Assembly (NCBI GenBank): GCA_048938105.1
Contig: JBHLMN010000001.1
Span: 320,001-384,000, forward strand
Direction: 5' to 3'
DNA: 64,000 nt
Source of the DNA: Promethearchaeota archaeon
GTDB lineage: Archaea; Asgardarchaeota; Heimdallarchaeia; Hodarchaeales; Hodarchaeaceae
Within the stretch, counting starts at the first letter, position 1. The number at the start of each line of letters is the position of its first letter. The notes beneath the pieces are model-generated. The model was not told where the DNA came from. It was given only the letters and a program-made list of their open reading frames with translations, and made no database searches. Position numbers and translations under genes: made by a program. Positions 21,028 to 31,947 of this stretch are shown piece by piece.

Positions 21028-21365
21028 AAATAATGCACCATTAGGAATTAAATAGGCAGTTATTGATATTTTTGTAAGAACGATAACAGAAAAATCCGTT
21101 AAGCAGTATGATAAGGAAAAAAAACCTAATTTAAATCATCTTTGATTGCATTCAACAAGCACTTCTTATAAACTAAATAAATACAAGAGCTAATAAGACT
21201 GCTTTAATGCTTTTTTTTTACTTAAGGAGTTTTTAGATAATTATAAAGAGATTTTATCAGAGAGCTGAAATTTTCAATGCTTTTAATAAATAGAATGACA
21301 TTTGCACGAAAGCTGGATAAATATGACTTTTGAAACTCCTTTTATTTCGAATTAGTGGTAGAACT

Positions 21366-22103
21366 ATGACAGTAAATGCTTTAGGAGTGTTCTTTGATTT
21401 AGATGGTACTTTAATAGATTCAATGAGAAGTTTTTATGATCTAGTTATCAATAATCTTGAACGGAGGAATATTAATATCTCAAAAGAGGCTTTAAAGAGA
21501 CTTGGTATCGAATTAATAGAAGAATATCAAAGTACTCCCTCTGGACAAGGATTGCGTTTAGTTATTAACTTGTTTTGGAAGATTGGTAGAAAATCTGGAC
21601 TTTCTAGACTCAAAACAATAGGATTCACTTTTGATTGTATGTTAAAAGCGAGAAGTGTTTACTATACAGCATCCCTGTTTTCAGATGTAAAAAGAACATT
21701 ATCACGCCTTCAAGAGGCTGGATTTCACCTTGGTGTATATACAATGGCCTCTCGTAAACAATTGATAGAGACCCTTAGTAAACACGAGATTATTCACTAT
21801 TTTAATCCAAAAGGATTAATTTCAAGGAATGATGTTAGGAGAGCAAAACCCGATCCAGAAGGCCTTTTATTAGCGCTTAAAATGTGCTCTATTCATCCTT
21901 CAAAAGGGGTTTATATCGGAGACATGCCTGTCGATGTGATAGCAGGAAACAATGCAGGAATAAGTACTATTGCTATGACTACAGGATTAATAAACAGGAC
22001 AATATTCGAACAGTATTGCCATCCTTCTGCCATTTTCGATTCTTTAGACCAAGCAACAAATTGGATCTTGCAAACAATTCCACCTAATTCTCCCAATTCG
22101 TAA
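21366..22103 (+). CDS. HAD-superfamily phosphatase
   Basis: FDLDGTLIDS, KPDPEG, IGDMPVD; start placed at ATG 21366. Confidence 0.9.
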   Translation: MTVNALGVFFDLDGTLIDSMRSFYDLVINNLERRNINISKEALKRLGIELIEEYQSTPSGQGLRLVINLFWKIGRKSGLSRLKTIGFTFDCMLKARSVYYTASLFSDVKRTLSRLQEAGFHLGVYTMASRKQLIETLSKHEIIHYFNPKGLISRNDVRRAKPDPEGLLLALKMCSIHPSKGVYIGDMPVDVIAGNNAGISTIAMTTGLINRTIFEQYCHPSAIFDSLDQATNWILQTIPPNSPNS

Positions 22104-22235
22104 TTTTAACAACTAATCTTATCTTGTGAAAATACAAAGAATAATTATTAATGGTCTTAAATGATTGAAAAAGGGATTTTCCAAAAAATACAACCAAATT
22201 AACTAATTTATCATCCAATCCTTCTATTTGGAGTT

Positions 22236-23291
22236 TTGAAAATGACTGATTTATCCTTCGACGAAGTACTCGCTCGTTTAAATGAATTAGGTAGGTCTGT
22301 TGAGCCGAAGATGCAAGAGTTTCTCTTAAAAGGAATTGATCCAGAATTTCAGGATTTAGTATTGTGGCAAACTAAAACAGGAGGAAAAAGATTACGGCCA
22401 GCATTAACTATCATTTTTGCTCAAGCATTTGGAGCATCTCCTAATGATTCAGAGGTTTTAGCTGCTGCAGCAGGAATTGAACTCATTCACAATTATTCAC
22501 TGATTCTAGATGATATCATTGATCGCGGTGAGGTTCGACGTGGTAATCCTTCTGTAAGAGCTAAATATGGAGACGAATTCGCAATTCTTTCTGGAATTAT
22601 TCATCGTGAAAGCGTATATGAGGCTGCGAAATCGACTGGAAAGTATATAACTGATGCAATTAACATTTATTCGGAAACTATCAGGAAGTTAACTGAAGGG
22701 GAACGATTAGATATCCTTTTTGAACAAAAAGATGATAGAACCCATGAATACTTTCAAGCAAATCGGTTTCATACAATTACAATTGATGATTATCATAAGA
22801 TGATATCAGGAAAAACAGCTTCACTCATCGCTGCTGCTTGTAAACTGGGAGCTCTTGTTGGAGGAGCATCCATTGATGAACAGGAGGTTGCAGAAAAGTT
22901 TGGATGGACAACAGGTATTGCTTTTCAAATAGCTGATGATTATCTTGATATTTTTACCATTTCAGATAAGTTTGGAAAAGAAATCTATAAAGACATTATC
23001 GAACAAAAACTAGGGAATTTTGTTATATTACAAGCATTAAAAGCGTTTAAAGAAGATAAGGCAGAACAGCTTAAGAAACACCTAAAAGATCCAACACTTT
23101 CAGATGAAGATCGGATAAATAGATGTCTTCCTTTGATTGAGGAATCTAATGCAAAGGAAACCGTGTTAGAAGAGGCTGAGCGATGGGCAGACAAAGCAAA
23201 AACGATTTTGTCATCTGTTGAACTCAAGAACGAGAATTTACGTACTATATTGGAAAAGCTTGCTGAATTTACTGTTAGAAGAGCTTTCTGA
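22236..23291 (+). CDS. Polyprenyl diphosphate synthase (GGPP synthase-like)
   Basis: GGKRLRP, FARM YSLILDDIIDRGEVRRG, GKTA, SARM FQIADDYLD. Confidence 0.92.
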   Translation: MKMTDLSFDEVLARLNELGRSVEPKMQEFLLKGIDPEFQDLVLWQTKTGGKRLRPALTIIFAQAFGASPNDSEVLAAAAGIELIHNYSLILDDIIDRGEVRRGNPSVRAKYGDEFAILSGIIHRESVYEAAKSTGKYITDAINIYSETIRKLTEGERLDILFEQKDDRTHEYFQANRFHTITIDDYHKMISGKTASLIAAACKLGALVGGASIDEQEVAEKFGWTTGIAFQIADDYLDIFTISDKFGKEIYKDIIEQKLGNFVILQALKAFKEDKAEQLKKHLKDPTLSDEDRINRCLPLIEESNAKETVLEEAERWADKAKTILSSVELKNENLRTILEKLAEFTVRRAF

Positions 23292-23349
23292 CTTATATAT
23301 AGTTAAAAATACATCTTATTAATCTGATTACAATAAAATTAGAAAGAAA

Positions 23350-23973
23350 TTATTTTTTTGGATTTGACTTTTCCATAAGTTCAGCTAAATGATCAAGCTC
23401 TTCTAGTCCACTTTTAAGCTCTTCATCTAGTTCTTTAATTTTCCGCTTTAAAAACTTAATAGTATTTTCATTGTCTTTTTGTGATAATTCTTCCCCACAT
23501 GTAGTACAAATGAATCCGAGTTCAAATGCATCGGAGAAAGTAACAGGCGTATGTCCTTCACTACATACGTATAATAGGTTTCTTTGTTCGTAATCTAAAC
23601 GTTGTCTTAATTTTCTTATTGAGAGCTTTCGTCTATTCACAATAAGATCAAGTATTCTTTCAAAAATAGGACTCCAATAATAGACAAAATACCCCGTTTC
23701 TTTGTCTCTAACACGCCGATAACGAGCTAAAGACCTTTCATTTAATTTATACAACGATTTTCTAACTTCTTTTAAAGCGATACGTGAAATTTCTTTTTCC
23801 TTGTCATCATTCAGATCTTTCTGTGACTGTTCTATCTCTTCATTAATAATATTAACCATCTCTTCATCAATTATCTCCTTATGTTCAAGAAGTACATTAA
23901 GAACCTTGACTGTGGTTTTATCTGTCAATTTAAGGATAATATCATTAAGTTGAGAAAAAGACAAAGATTGCAC
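23350..23973 (-). CDS. tfe: Transcription factor E (TFE/TFIIE-alpha)
   Basis: EVRKSLYKL...YRRVRDKETGYFVYYW winged helix; zinc ribbon CSEGH...FICTTCG. Confidence 0.92.
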   Translation of the reverse strand: MQSLSFSQLNDIILKLTDKTTVKVLNVLLEHKEIIDEEMVNIINEEIEQSQKDLNDDKEKEISRIALKEVRKSLYKLNERSLARYRRVRDKETGYFVYYWSPIFERILDLIVNRRKLSIRKLRQRLDYEQRNLLYVCSEGHTPVTFSDAFELGFICTTCGEELSQKDNENTIKFLKRKIKELDEELKSGLEELDHLAELMEKSNPKK

Positions 23974-24055
23974 CTTAAAGCAAGGATAACTAATTTATGA
24001 CATTTTCAATTATTAAATACTGAAATAACAGAATAAAATGTAGAGAATGGACTGG

Positions 24056-24529
24056 TTAGAAATTTTCTAATTCTTTGAGCGCTGCCATAATTGATTGAGA
24101 TTCTGGTTTCTTTATTTTGACAGCGGAAGGCTCTGTTATCTTGTCCATAAGAGAAGACAAAGCTTCAGAGGATTCCTTCATCTTAACACGAATTAATCCG
24201 AGTTGAGCATCTGGTTCGGCCACAACAACCAAAACACCCCGTTCACCGCTTTGTGCAGTAAGAATTTTGCCATCATTAAATTCAGCAAGCATTATTCCTA
24301 GCTCTCCTAAAGTAAGAGCACTCCCTTGTTCCGCGGCTCCACAAAATACAGCTGAAGCTATAGCTCCAATACTTTCGAGATCAAAAGCTCCCATAGTTTC
24401 CGAAACTAACAGTCTAGAAGCTCTAGCTATGGTCAACCCAGTTCTATCACCCAATAAAGTGACCTTAATAGAAGTATCACTTTTCAATAGACGAGTCAGC
24501 TCGCGGTGGATTTCGTCTCTTTGTACCAT
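24056..24529 (-). CDS. Roadblock/LC7 (MglB-like) domain protein
   Basis: DRTGLTIA...IGAIASA...LGEL...EFNDGKI...VLVVVA....LGLIR. Confidence 0.88.
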   Translation of the reverse strand: MVQRDEIHRELTRLLKSDTSIKVTLLGDRTGLTIARASRLLVSETMGAFDLESIGAIASAVFCGAAEQGSALTLGELGIMLAEFNDGKILTAQSGERGVLVVVAEPDAQLGLIRVKMKESSEALSSLMDKITEPSAVKIKKPESQSIMAALKELENF

Positions 24530-24654
24530 ACAGCTTTCACCTAAATCCTCATGACTTTCTACTCACTGTTCCACTTATATCACTTTTTAATATTATGATT
24601 ATAAATTCTTTTTCTAATGTTTCCTTAATACCTTTCAACTTCAATTTAAATGTT

Positions 24655-25374
24655 TCAAAGAATAACTATTACGATGACTAAGGCAATTACTGACCCTGCT
24701 AATAAGGCTAATAATGTCCTGTTCTGAGTCAACTTTCTAGAAATTTTTCCTAACGTAGATTGAACTTTTTGTAGTTTAGTGTCAACCTCAGTTATTTTCT
24801 CGTCAATCTTATCAAGCTTGACACCTTGTTCGTCAAGTCTTTGTGTTAAAGTAGTCAAACTTTGAGAAATTTGATTCATTTGAGCATTCATTTGATCCAT
24901 TGATGTTAGAAAGGAATTCTCTAAAATTTGAAGCCGTTCTTCTAAAGTACCTACATTTTGGGAAGTGATCGCTTCACCAGGGTAAGCTAACTCATAGATT
25001 CGGTTTCCCATTTCATCGCTTGCAGGAGGGGCAGCTTGTAAATCCATAGATTCTATTGATTCGCTTATATTGGCCAATGTTCCTCGTAATAGGTGCATCT
25101 TTCGTTTTGTTTCTTTTATTTCATCTGTTTTTTGATTTTGACGACGAATAGAGCTTGGTTGCACGAACTTAGGCATTGATGCCAGAATCTTAGAAGAAAA
25201 CGATCGTTTTTGGATGACTTGATTGGAATAACCTGAGGAGATATCATCTGCCATACTTTCCATAGATTCTAGAACTGATTCAAGATCATTAATGAATCCC
25301 ACAATAAGCTCTTTTTCACTGGGTTCTTCAGTTTTTTTTAGCCATTTTCCTAACCGTTTTGTTATAACAGACAA
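24655..25374 (-). CDS. Tail-anchored SNARE-like coiled-coil protein
   Basis: Heptad segment LTQRLDEQGVKLDKIDEKITEVDTKLQKVQSTLGKI, basic linker, hydrophobic helix at the extreme C-terminus. Confidence 0.7.
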   Translation of the reverse strand: MSVITKRLGKWLKKTEEPSEKELIVGFINDLESVLESMESMADDISSGYSNQVIQKRSFSSKILASMPKFVQPSSIRRQNQKTDEIKETKRKMHLLRGTLANISESIESMDLQAAPPASDEMGNRIYELAYPGEAITSQNVGTLEERLQILENSFLTSMDQMNAQMNQISQSLTTLTQRLDEQGVKLDKIDEKITEVDTKLQKVQSTLGKISRKLTQNRTLLALLAGSVIALVIVIVIL

Positions 25375-25770
25375 TTTTTTGTCTCCAACTCATTTTTTCT
25401 GGACAATACCATATTTAATTAGCCAATTATGATATAAATTCCTAAACTGAGATCTTCATGGTGCATTCATTTTAAATTAATTTAAAGTATTCTTTTAGGA
25501 TATTTTTTGAGTGAAAATTGCGTATAAATCTTATAAAATTCATTCTTTTGTCTCAATTAACAAGATTTTGCTTTTTAAATTATTCCAATTAATAATTAAA
25601 TGTCTATTATACATTTAGTGTACATACCTTTTTGCATTGACCTTTAGTTTTTAGAAAATTACAATCATCAAGATGATTGTTCACTAATAATGTCTTAATT
25701 AAAATAAGCAGACAAACAAAAAGGATATGAGAACCTCTACGAGGCTACTTTTAGACAAGAAGGAATTCCT

Positions 25771-27078
25771 TTGCAAACTACAAATAATTCTTTGATAATT
25801 TCAAATGCAAGTGAAATTGTAACACTTAGATCTAAAGGTTCTACATCCCACCTAAGGATGAGTGATCAAGAGTTAATACTAATCAAGAACGGGTCTCTCA
25901 TTATTCAAAATGGGAAAATCACCGATATCCTTGATTATCCTGTTTCTGACTCTACTTTTTCTATCTCGGAACCATTTACTTTAGTGGACGCAACCAAGAA
26001 AACAGTGATTCCAGGTTTAGTTGATTCTCACACACATCTTTCTTTTGCAGGAAACCGTGAGGATGAACTGGAGATGAAGTTACAAGGTTTAACTTATCTT
26101 GAAATTCTTAAACAAGGTGGTGGAATCATGAGAACTGTTAAAGCAACACGGAAAGCTTATTTAGAAGATTTAGTTGTAAGGGGTAAAGAAAATGCAGACA
26201 TTATGCTTAAACACGGAACTACAACTATCGAGGCAAAAAGTGGTTATGGCCTTGATCTGGAAAACGAGATTAAACAATTAGAAGCCTTAAGAATATTAAA
26301 CAAAAAGTGTTATAGTTCAGTTATTCCGACATACTTGGGTGCACATGCTCTACCTCCTGAATATTCTAATCAAAAGGAGAAATACATCAATTTGATGATT
26401 CAAGAAGTTATTCCCAAAATTTCAAAAAATCATCTAGCGAAATTTATTGATGTTTTTTGTGAAAAAGGGGTTTATTCCATTGAAGAAAGTCGAGACATCC
26501 TTTTAGCAGGAAAAAAAGAAGGTTTGAGGCCAAAAATACATGCTGATGAGATTGTACGAACGGGAGGGGCTCAGCTAGCTGCAGAAGTAGGAGCTATTTC
26601 TGCTGATCATCTATTAATGACTGACGAAGATGGTTTTAGAGCTTTAGGGAATGCAGGAGTCATCCCAGTACTTTTACCTGGAACACCCTTCTCCCTCATG
26701 AAAAAGGAATACCCACCTGCTCGACAAATGATTGATAAATTTGATCTCCCAGTAGCTTTAGCAACTGATCTAAATCCAAATTGTTTTTGTCATTCTATGC
26801 TCCAAATCATCACTTTAGCTTGTTTCAACATGCAAATGACACCTGCAGAAGCCTTAATTGCAGCAACTAGCAATTCTGCAGCAGCTATTGGCCTTCGAGA
26901 GGAAATAGGAAGCATTGAGGTAGGAAAGCAGGCTGATTTAGTAATACTCAACTCTCTTAATTATAAATATATTCCGTATATGTTTGGATCAGCCAGCTTG
27001 ATAAATACAGTAATAAAGAATGGTAAAGTGGTTGCGACGAATACTCCTGCGCTTGTTAAAAAGTATGAATGTTTATAG
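25771..27078 (+). CDS. hutI: Imidazolonepropionase
   Basis: PGLVDSHTH, GTTTIEAKSGYGL, KIHADE, SADHL, ALATDLNP. Confidence 0.96.
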   Translation: MQTTNNSLIISNASEIVTLRSKGSTSHLRMSDQELILIKNGSLIIQNGKITDILDYPVSDSTFSISEPFTLVDATKKTVIPGLVDSHTHLSFAGNREDELEMKLQGLTYLEILKQGGGIMRTVKATRKAYLEDLVVRGKENADIMLKHGTTTIEAKSGYGLDLENEIKQLEALRILNKKCYSSVIPTYLGAHALPPEYSNQKEKYINLMIQEVIPKISKNHLAKFIDVFCEKGVYSIEESRDILLAGKKEGLRPKIHADEIVRTGGAQLAAEVGAISADHLLMTDEDGFRALGNAGVIPVLLPGTPFSLMKKEYPPARQMIDKFDLPVALATDLNPNCFCHSMLQIITLACFNMQMTPAEALIAATSNSAAAIGLREEIGSIEVGKQADLVILNSLNYKYIPYMFGSASLINTVIKNGKVVATNTPALVKKYECL

Positions 27079-28572
27079 TTTTCTGTTTTTGATTAATTCA
27101 ACACATTGGTTAATGTCAGGTGACAACTCACGATCCTCAATTAGCTTAGGCACTACTTTTCGAATTTTGTGATAGACTTCTAGGGATTTTTGTGCGAGTT
27201 GATCTTGAATTTCAGCTAAGTCAATGGCTTGCGATACACACAGAAGTTCAATGGCAAGAATGTATTGCACATGTTTAATAATTTTCCGTGTCTGAATCGC
27301 TGCAATTGATCCCATACTTACATGATCTTCTTGATTAGCAGATACTGGTATTGAATCAATTGAAGCTGGGGATGCTAAGTGTTTATTTTCAGATACTAAT
27401 GAAGCAGCTGTATATTGAGCTATCATGAAACCAGAGTTCACACCACTTCTTAAGGTGAGAAAAGCGGGTAAACCACTGAGAGTAGGATTTAACAACCTTT
27501 CTATCCGACGTTCCGAAATATTTCCCAGTTCTGCAATTGAAATGGCTAAAAAGTCCATGGCTAGAGCGATGGGTTGTCCATGAAAGTTTCCACCACTGAG
27601 AATTTTATCAGAAGAGAAAATTAAAGGATTATCAGTTGAGGAGTTCATTTCAGTTAAAACAATATTTTTTACAAATCTAATTGTGTCTAATGTAGCCCCG
27701 TGAACTACAGGAACACATCGTAACGAATAACTGTCTTGATAAGCAATATTTTGGCGTGTTCGTTTACTTCCTTTAAGATAATCACGAATTGATTTTGCTG
27801 TTTGTATTTGGCCTTTATGTGGACGTGCTTCGTGAATTAAGGGATTTAATGCATCAATATTAGCTTGATGCACTTCCATACTTAAACTAGCCGCTAAATT
27901 CGCAACTTTAACGAGGTACTCTGCATCTGACACCGCTATTGCTGCTATTGAAGTCATTGCTTGAGTTCCATTGAGAAGTGCTAGTCCTTCCTTAGCAATC
28001 AGCTTTATAGGAGACAACCCAGCTTTTTCTAAGGCTTGGAGACCTGAAGTCCGTTTTCCTTCAAAATTTACAAGGCCTTTACCTATTAAAACTAATGCTA
28101 GATGTGCTAAAGGAGCTAGATCTCCACTCGCTCCTAAGCTTCCTCGTGAAGGTACAATAGGAGTAATATTCTTGTTCAGAAAATCTAATAATAGAGAAAC
28201 TACCTTTAAACGGATACCAGAGTGACCCCGTGCAAATTTATTGACTTGGAGTACTATCATACCTCGTACAACCTCTTGAGAGAATTCTGAACCCACTCCT
28301 GCGGAATGACTGACTACTAGGTTTTTTTGCAGTTTTTCAGCATCAAGAGGTGAAACAACAGTATTTTGTAGATATCCAAATCCAGTAGTAACACCATATA
28401 CCATACGATTTTCTTTTAGAATATTTTGTATAATTTTAGCAGCCTGATTAATCCTTTCTTTGGCTTCAGCAGTAAGTTGAACTCTTTTATGATCACGAGC
28501 GACAGCAACCATATCCAAGATAGATAAATCATTTCCATTTAATTCTATTATTGATTTCTTCATCATAATCAC
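27073..28572 (-). CDS. hutH: Histidine ammonia-lyase
   Basis: YGVTTGFG, MIO-forming GASGDLAPL, GGNFHG, NQEDHVSMG. Confidence 0.96.
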   Translation of the reverse strand: MIMMKKSIIELNGNDLSILDMVAVARDHKRVQLTAEAKERINQAAKIIQNILKENRMVYGVTTGFGYLQNTVVSPLDAEKLQKNLVVSHSAGVGSEFSQEVVRGMIVLQVNKFARGHSGIRLKVVSLLLDFLNKNITPIVPSRGSLGASGDLAPLAHLALVLIGKGLVNFEGKRTSGLQALEKAGLSPIKLIAKEGLALLNGTQAMTSIAAIAVSDAEYLVKVANLAASLSMEVHQANIDALNPLIHEARPHKGQIQTAKSIRDYLKGSKRTRQNIAYQDSYSLRCVPVVHGATLDTIRFVKNIVLTEMNSSTDNPLIFSSDKILSGGNFHGQPIALAMDFLAISIAELGNISERRIERLLNPTLSGLPAFLTLRSGVNSGFMIAQYTAASLVSENKHLASPASIDSIPVSANQEDHVSMGSIAAIQTRKIIKHVQYILAIELLCVSQAIDLAEIQDQLAQKSLEVYHKIRKVVPKLIEDRELSPDINQCVELIKNRKL

Positions 28573-28822
28573 TAATTATAAGTATGGAACAGATATTAGA
28601 ACTATAACAGGCTTTTTCTAATCGATATTTCCTATTGTAGCAATTAACTCTTATTAAAGGCATAATCAAATATCAAGAAAATAATACTTCCAGTCATAGG
28701 AAGAATCTTTCTAAGTCTCCTGCTTATATATCAATTGTCAAGTAACTCATTCGATGTAAAGAAAATTCTTTTCACAAAGGTATCTAAAATTTTGTTAAAT
28801 TAACTCTTTGGTTCCCTAAAGC

Positions 28823-30709
28823 CTAAAGAAGATTGATTGATATTGTTTCCATGGGTGGATAAAGCTTTATTTGAGTACGCTCTTCTACCAGTTGAATGAG
28901 TTCCAGATACAGTTGCTTATAATCCATTTCTCTCTGACTAGTTTTCCCAGGCACAATGATCTCATTGACATTTGCAATTTGAACTGCTTCATTGTACCCT
29001 GCAGCAGCATGGCGTAAAATTGCAGACATCGGATCCCAGGTTAACACCCGAAAGATCATCTCTTGAGATAAAGGGGTTCCATCAGCAACACATACCTGAC
29101 CTGCATGAAGTGAATATCCTACACCAACTCCTCCACCTCCATGATAGCTGGTCCAAGTTGCCCCAGAAAGAGAGTTACCTAATAAATTTAAGACTGGATA
29201 GTCTCCAATCGCATCAGAACCATCTTTCATCCCTTCAGTTTCACGATAAGGACTTGCTACGGAACCTCCATCAAGATGGTCTCGTCCAATTATCACAGGA
29301 GCCTTAATTAAACCATCGGAAAAAAGTTTATTTAGAAGCATCCCAAATGCAGCCCTTCCTTTATATCCAGCCCAAAAAACCCTTGCAGGTAAACCACCCT
29401 CGAAGGGAATATATTTTGATGCTAAATCTATCCAATTTATTAACATTGGATCATCGTAAAATAATAACTTAGCATATTTATCTGTAACTCGAATATCTTC
29501 TGGGTCATTTGAGAGCGCTGCCCATCGAAATGGACCCTTACCTTCACAAAAGAGAGGACGGATATAATTAGGTACGAATCCAGAGAAATTAAAAGCTTCA
29601 GAAAGTCCCACGTTATACGCTTGAGCTCTAATGTTATTCCCATAATCAAATGTTTCTGAACCTCTCTCTTGTAAAGTCAGCATTGCTTGTACATGTCGTT
29701 TTACTGTCTCGAATGCTCGTTTTTTATATTCTGCAGGATTTGATTTTCTAAGCTCTACCGCTTCCAAATAAGTCATATCACTTGGAATATAACCATTTAA
29801 CATGTCATGAGCTGAGGTCTGATCAGTTAGGACATGAGGAGTTATATTTTGTGCAATTAAATATTCTAAGAGATCTACCGCATTACACAGAATACCTATT
29901 GATGTAGGTTTATTCTTTTCAACACTTTCTTGTGCTAGTTGAACACCCTCGCTAATTGATTCTACTTTTTTATCCAAATATGGAGTTCCTTTATCTCTGC
30001 CCTGATGAAATATTCGGTCTAAATTTTCAGGATCAATTTCTGCAATTAGAGATGTTTTTCCAGCCATTTTTATAGCTAAGGGTTGTGCTCCTCCCATCAA
30101 CCCTAAGCCTGCTGTTACGACAAGATTCTGTTCAAAGTTTGAAAGAGAAGAAAAATATTCCTTAGATTCGGCTGCTTTTATTGCTGCAACAATAGTTTCA
30201 TAAGTTCCCTGAATTATTCCTTGAAGTCCGATAAAAATCCAGCTTCCTGCAGTCATTTGACCATAAACGGTTAGACCTGCGTCAACCATTTCTTGAAAAA
30301 ACTGAACCCAATTAGGTACAATTACAGAATTAGTGATGACACATCTTGGTGCAAGGGGATGAGTTATCGTTTTACCATAAGGAACCCCCGATTGCATAAA
30401 CAGCGTTTCATTGGGCTTTAGAGTCTTAAGTAGCTCAATTGTATCATAATAAGCTTTCCAATTTCGCATCGCTTTTCCACTACCTCCATAGATAAAGAAT
30501 TCTTCCCAATTTTTTCCATTATGGAGGTTTGAGATAATTGCACGAATGATCCCCTCTGTTTGCCAACCTGCTTCAGTCGTTGGAGTAAGTGCATCCTTTC
30601 CTCGAGGAAGTGGAGGGATTTCTTTCGGCTTTAAGTCTAATCGTAATCTTTCAGGCTCACTAATCTTGTGAGCACCTTCTTGTATTTCTTTCAATCTTGT
30701 TTTTTTCAT
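28823..30709 (-). CDS. hutU: Urocanate hydratase
   Basis: YGQMTAGSW, TDQTSAHD, GRDHLD, HGGGGVGVG. Confidence 0.96.
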   Translation of the reverse strand: MKKTRLKEIQEGAHKISEPERLRLDLKPKEIPPLPRGKDALTPTTEAGWQTEGIIRAIISNLHNGKNWEEFFIYGGSGKAMRNWKAYYDTIELLKTLKPNETLFMQSGVPYGKTITHPLAPRCVITNSVIVPNWVQFFQEMVDAGLTVYGQMTAGSWIFIGLQGIIQGTYETIVAAIKAAESKEYFSSLSNFEQNLVVTAGLGLMGGAQPLAIKMAGKTSLIAEIDPENLDRIFHQGRDKGTPYLDKKVESISEGVQLAQESVEKNKPTSIGILCNAVDLLEYLIAQNITPHVLTDQTSAHDMLNGYIPSDMTYLEAVELRKSNPAEYKKRAFETVKRHVQAMLTLQERGSETFDYGNNIRAQAYNVGLSEAFNFSGFVPNYIRPLFCEGKGPFRWAALSNDPEDIRVTDKYAKLLFYDDPMLINWIDLASKYIPFEGGLPARVFWAGYKGRAAFGMLLNKLFSDGLIKAPVIIGRDHLDGGSVASPYRETEGMKDGSDAIGDYPVLNLLGNSLSGATWTSYHGGGGVGVGYSLHAGQVCVADGTPLSQEMIFRVLTWDPMSAILRHAAAGYNEAVQIANVNEIIVPGKTSQREMDYKQLYLELIQLVEERTQIKLYPPMETISINLL

Positions 30710-30905
30710 CTAAAATCTCCTAATTACAGTTTAATTGGAAAAACCTTCCACTCCAAGTTATTTCTTCTGAGTTTCAGAATAAAATTTCATCTTATAAAAA
30801 CTCTAGCCTCAGAATAGGGTATTTCTTCTTTAATGCTGGAATTGGCTCCTATTCGAAAAAATTCGGTTTTTTTAATTAGTTAAGAATATAGCATTAAATC
30901 TTGAA

Positions 30906-31610
30906 TTACCCTTTTCGCAGTTCAGAAACGAGGATATCACGAATAACCATTTGAATAGGCTGAATGATTCTTTGGACTGGCTGAGGACGTCGTTTAGGAT
31001 TCCATTCCCCCTTTCCCCAGGCTTCTTTCAATGCTTCCAATGCTTCTAGACAACTAACTTCAAAGGTACTAGCAAAAGTATCCCTTAATTTGTCAGAAAT
31101 GCCAGCTTCTAACATTAATCTTCCAACATCAGCAGCAGAAATTCGTGTATCAGCAGGAAGATCCATTTTGTTTAGCATAATAGCCATTTTAACCTCACGA
31201 CTATAGAGTTTCTCACCCAATATCTGAAACAGTTCAGTGAGGCTATCCTTATTCTCCTCCCAACGAGCACTCTCTGAATCAATTACCACAATAAGTCCAT
31301 GGAGTCCATTAACAACAATTTTTCGCATAGATTTAAACCGATCTTGGCCTGGTGTTGTAAAAAGATGATATTTAAATCCTGAGCCTGGTCCTGTGCCTAA
31401 ACCAAATGTTGCTTGATCGAAACCAATAGTTCGTTCAGTTGCTTTATCTTCGAGTTTCAAAAAGTTATATACGCTCTCAGGATCCTCTTTCTTCTTGATG
31501 GCATGAAATAAGCTGAGTGCAGTAGTTTTTCCAGCTAATGTCGGGCCCCAAAAAACAATTTTAATTCCTTTTTGAGCCTCTTCAAAAACAAGTTCTTCTT
31601 CTTGACTCAA
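30906..31610 (-). CDS. Small GTPase, MglA-like
   Basis: G1 GPTLAGKTT, G2 RTIGFD, G3 TTPGQ (MglA-type, no Asp), G4 NKMD. Confidence 0.88.
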   Translation of the reverse strand: MSQEEELVFEEAQKGIKIVFWGPTLAGKTTALSLFHAIKKKEDPESVYNFLKLEDKATERTIGFDQATFGLGTGPGSGFKYHLFTTPGQDRFKSMRKIVVNGLHGLIVVIDSESARWEENKDSLTELFQILGEKLYSREVKMAIMLNKMDLPADTRISAADVGRLMLEAGISDKLRDTFASTFEVSCLEALEALKEAWGKGEWNPKRRPQPVQRIIQPIQMVIRDILVSELRKG

Positions 31611-31947
31611 TGAAGCTTCCTCGGTGTAATAACTAGGTGGCTTTACGCTAACAAATAAGTCTAACGCATCATCATTATATATTTTATTCTATTTCCAATA
31701 CTACATAAAAGCACCACATAAATAATAAAAATTTGAGAAATGTGATAATATCTGAAATATGCCTCCCTATACCCCTTTTTTTTCCATTCAAGGATTTCTT
31801 GACTATAAATTATTGTTATTATCACAATTAAAAAAAATCACATACTTATTGAGAGCTGCTGTGAAAAATCATATAATAAAATAATATTAATATCTTCTTA
31901 ATTACAATAGCTGTCTGTTTTAGATTCAAATTCTATGGAGAAAAAGA

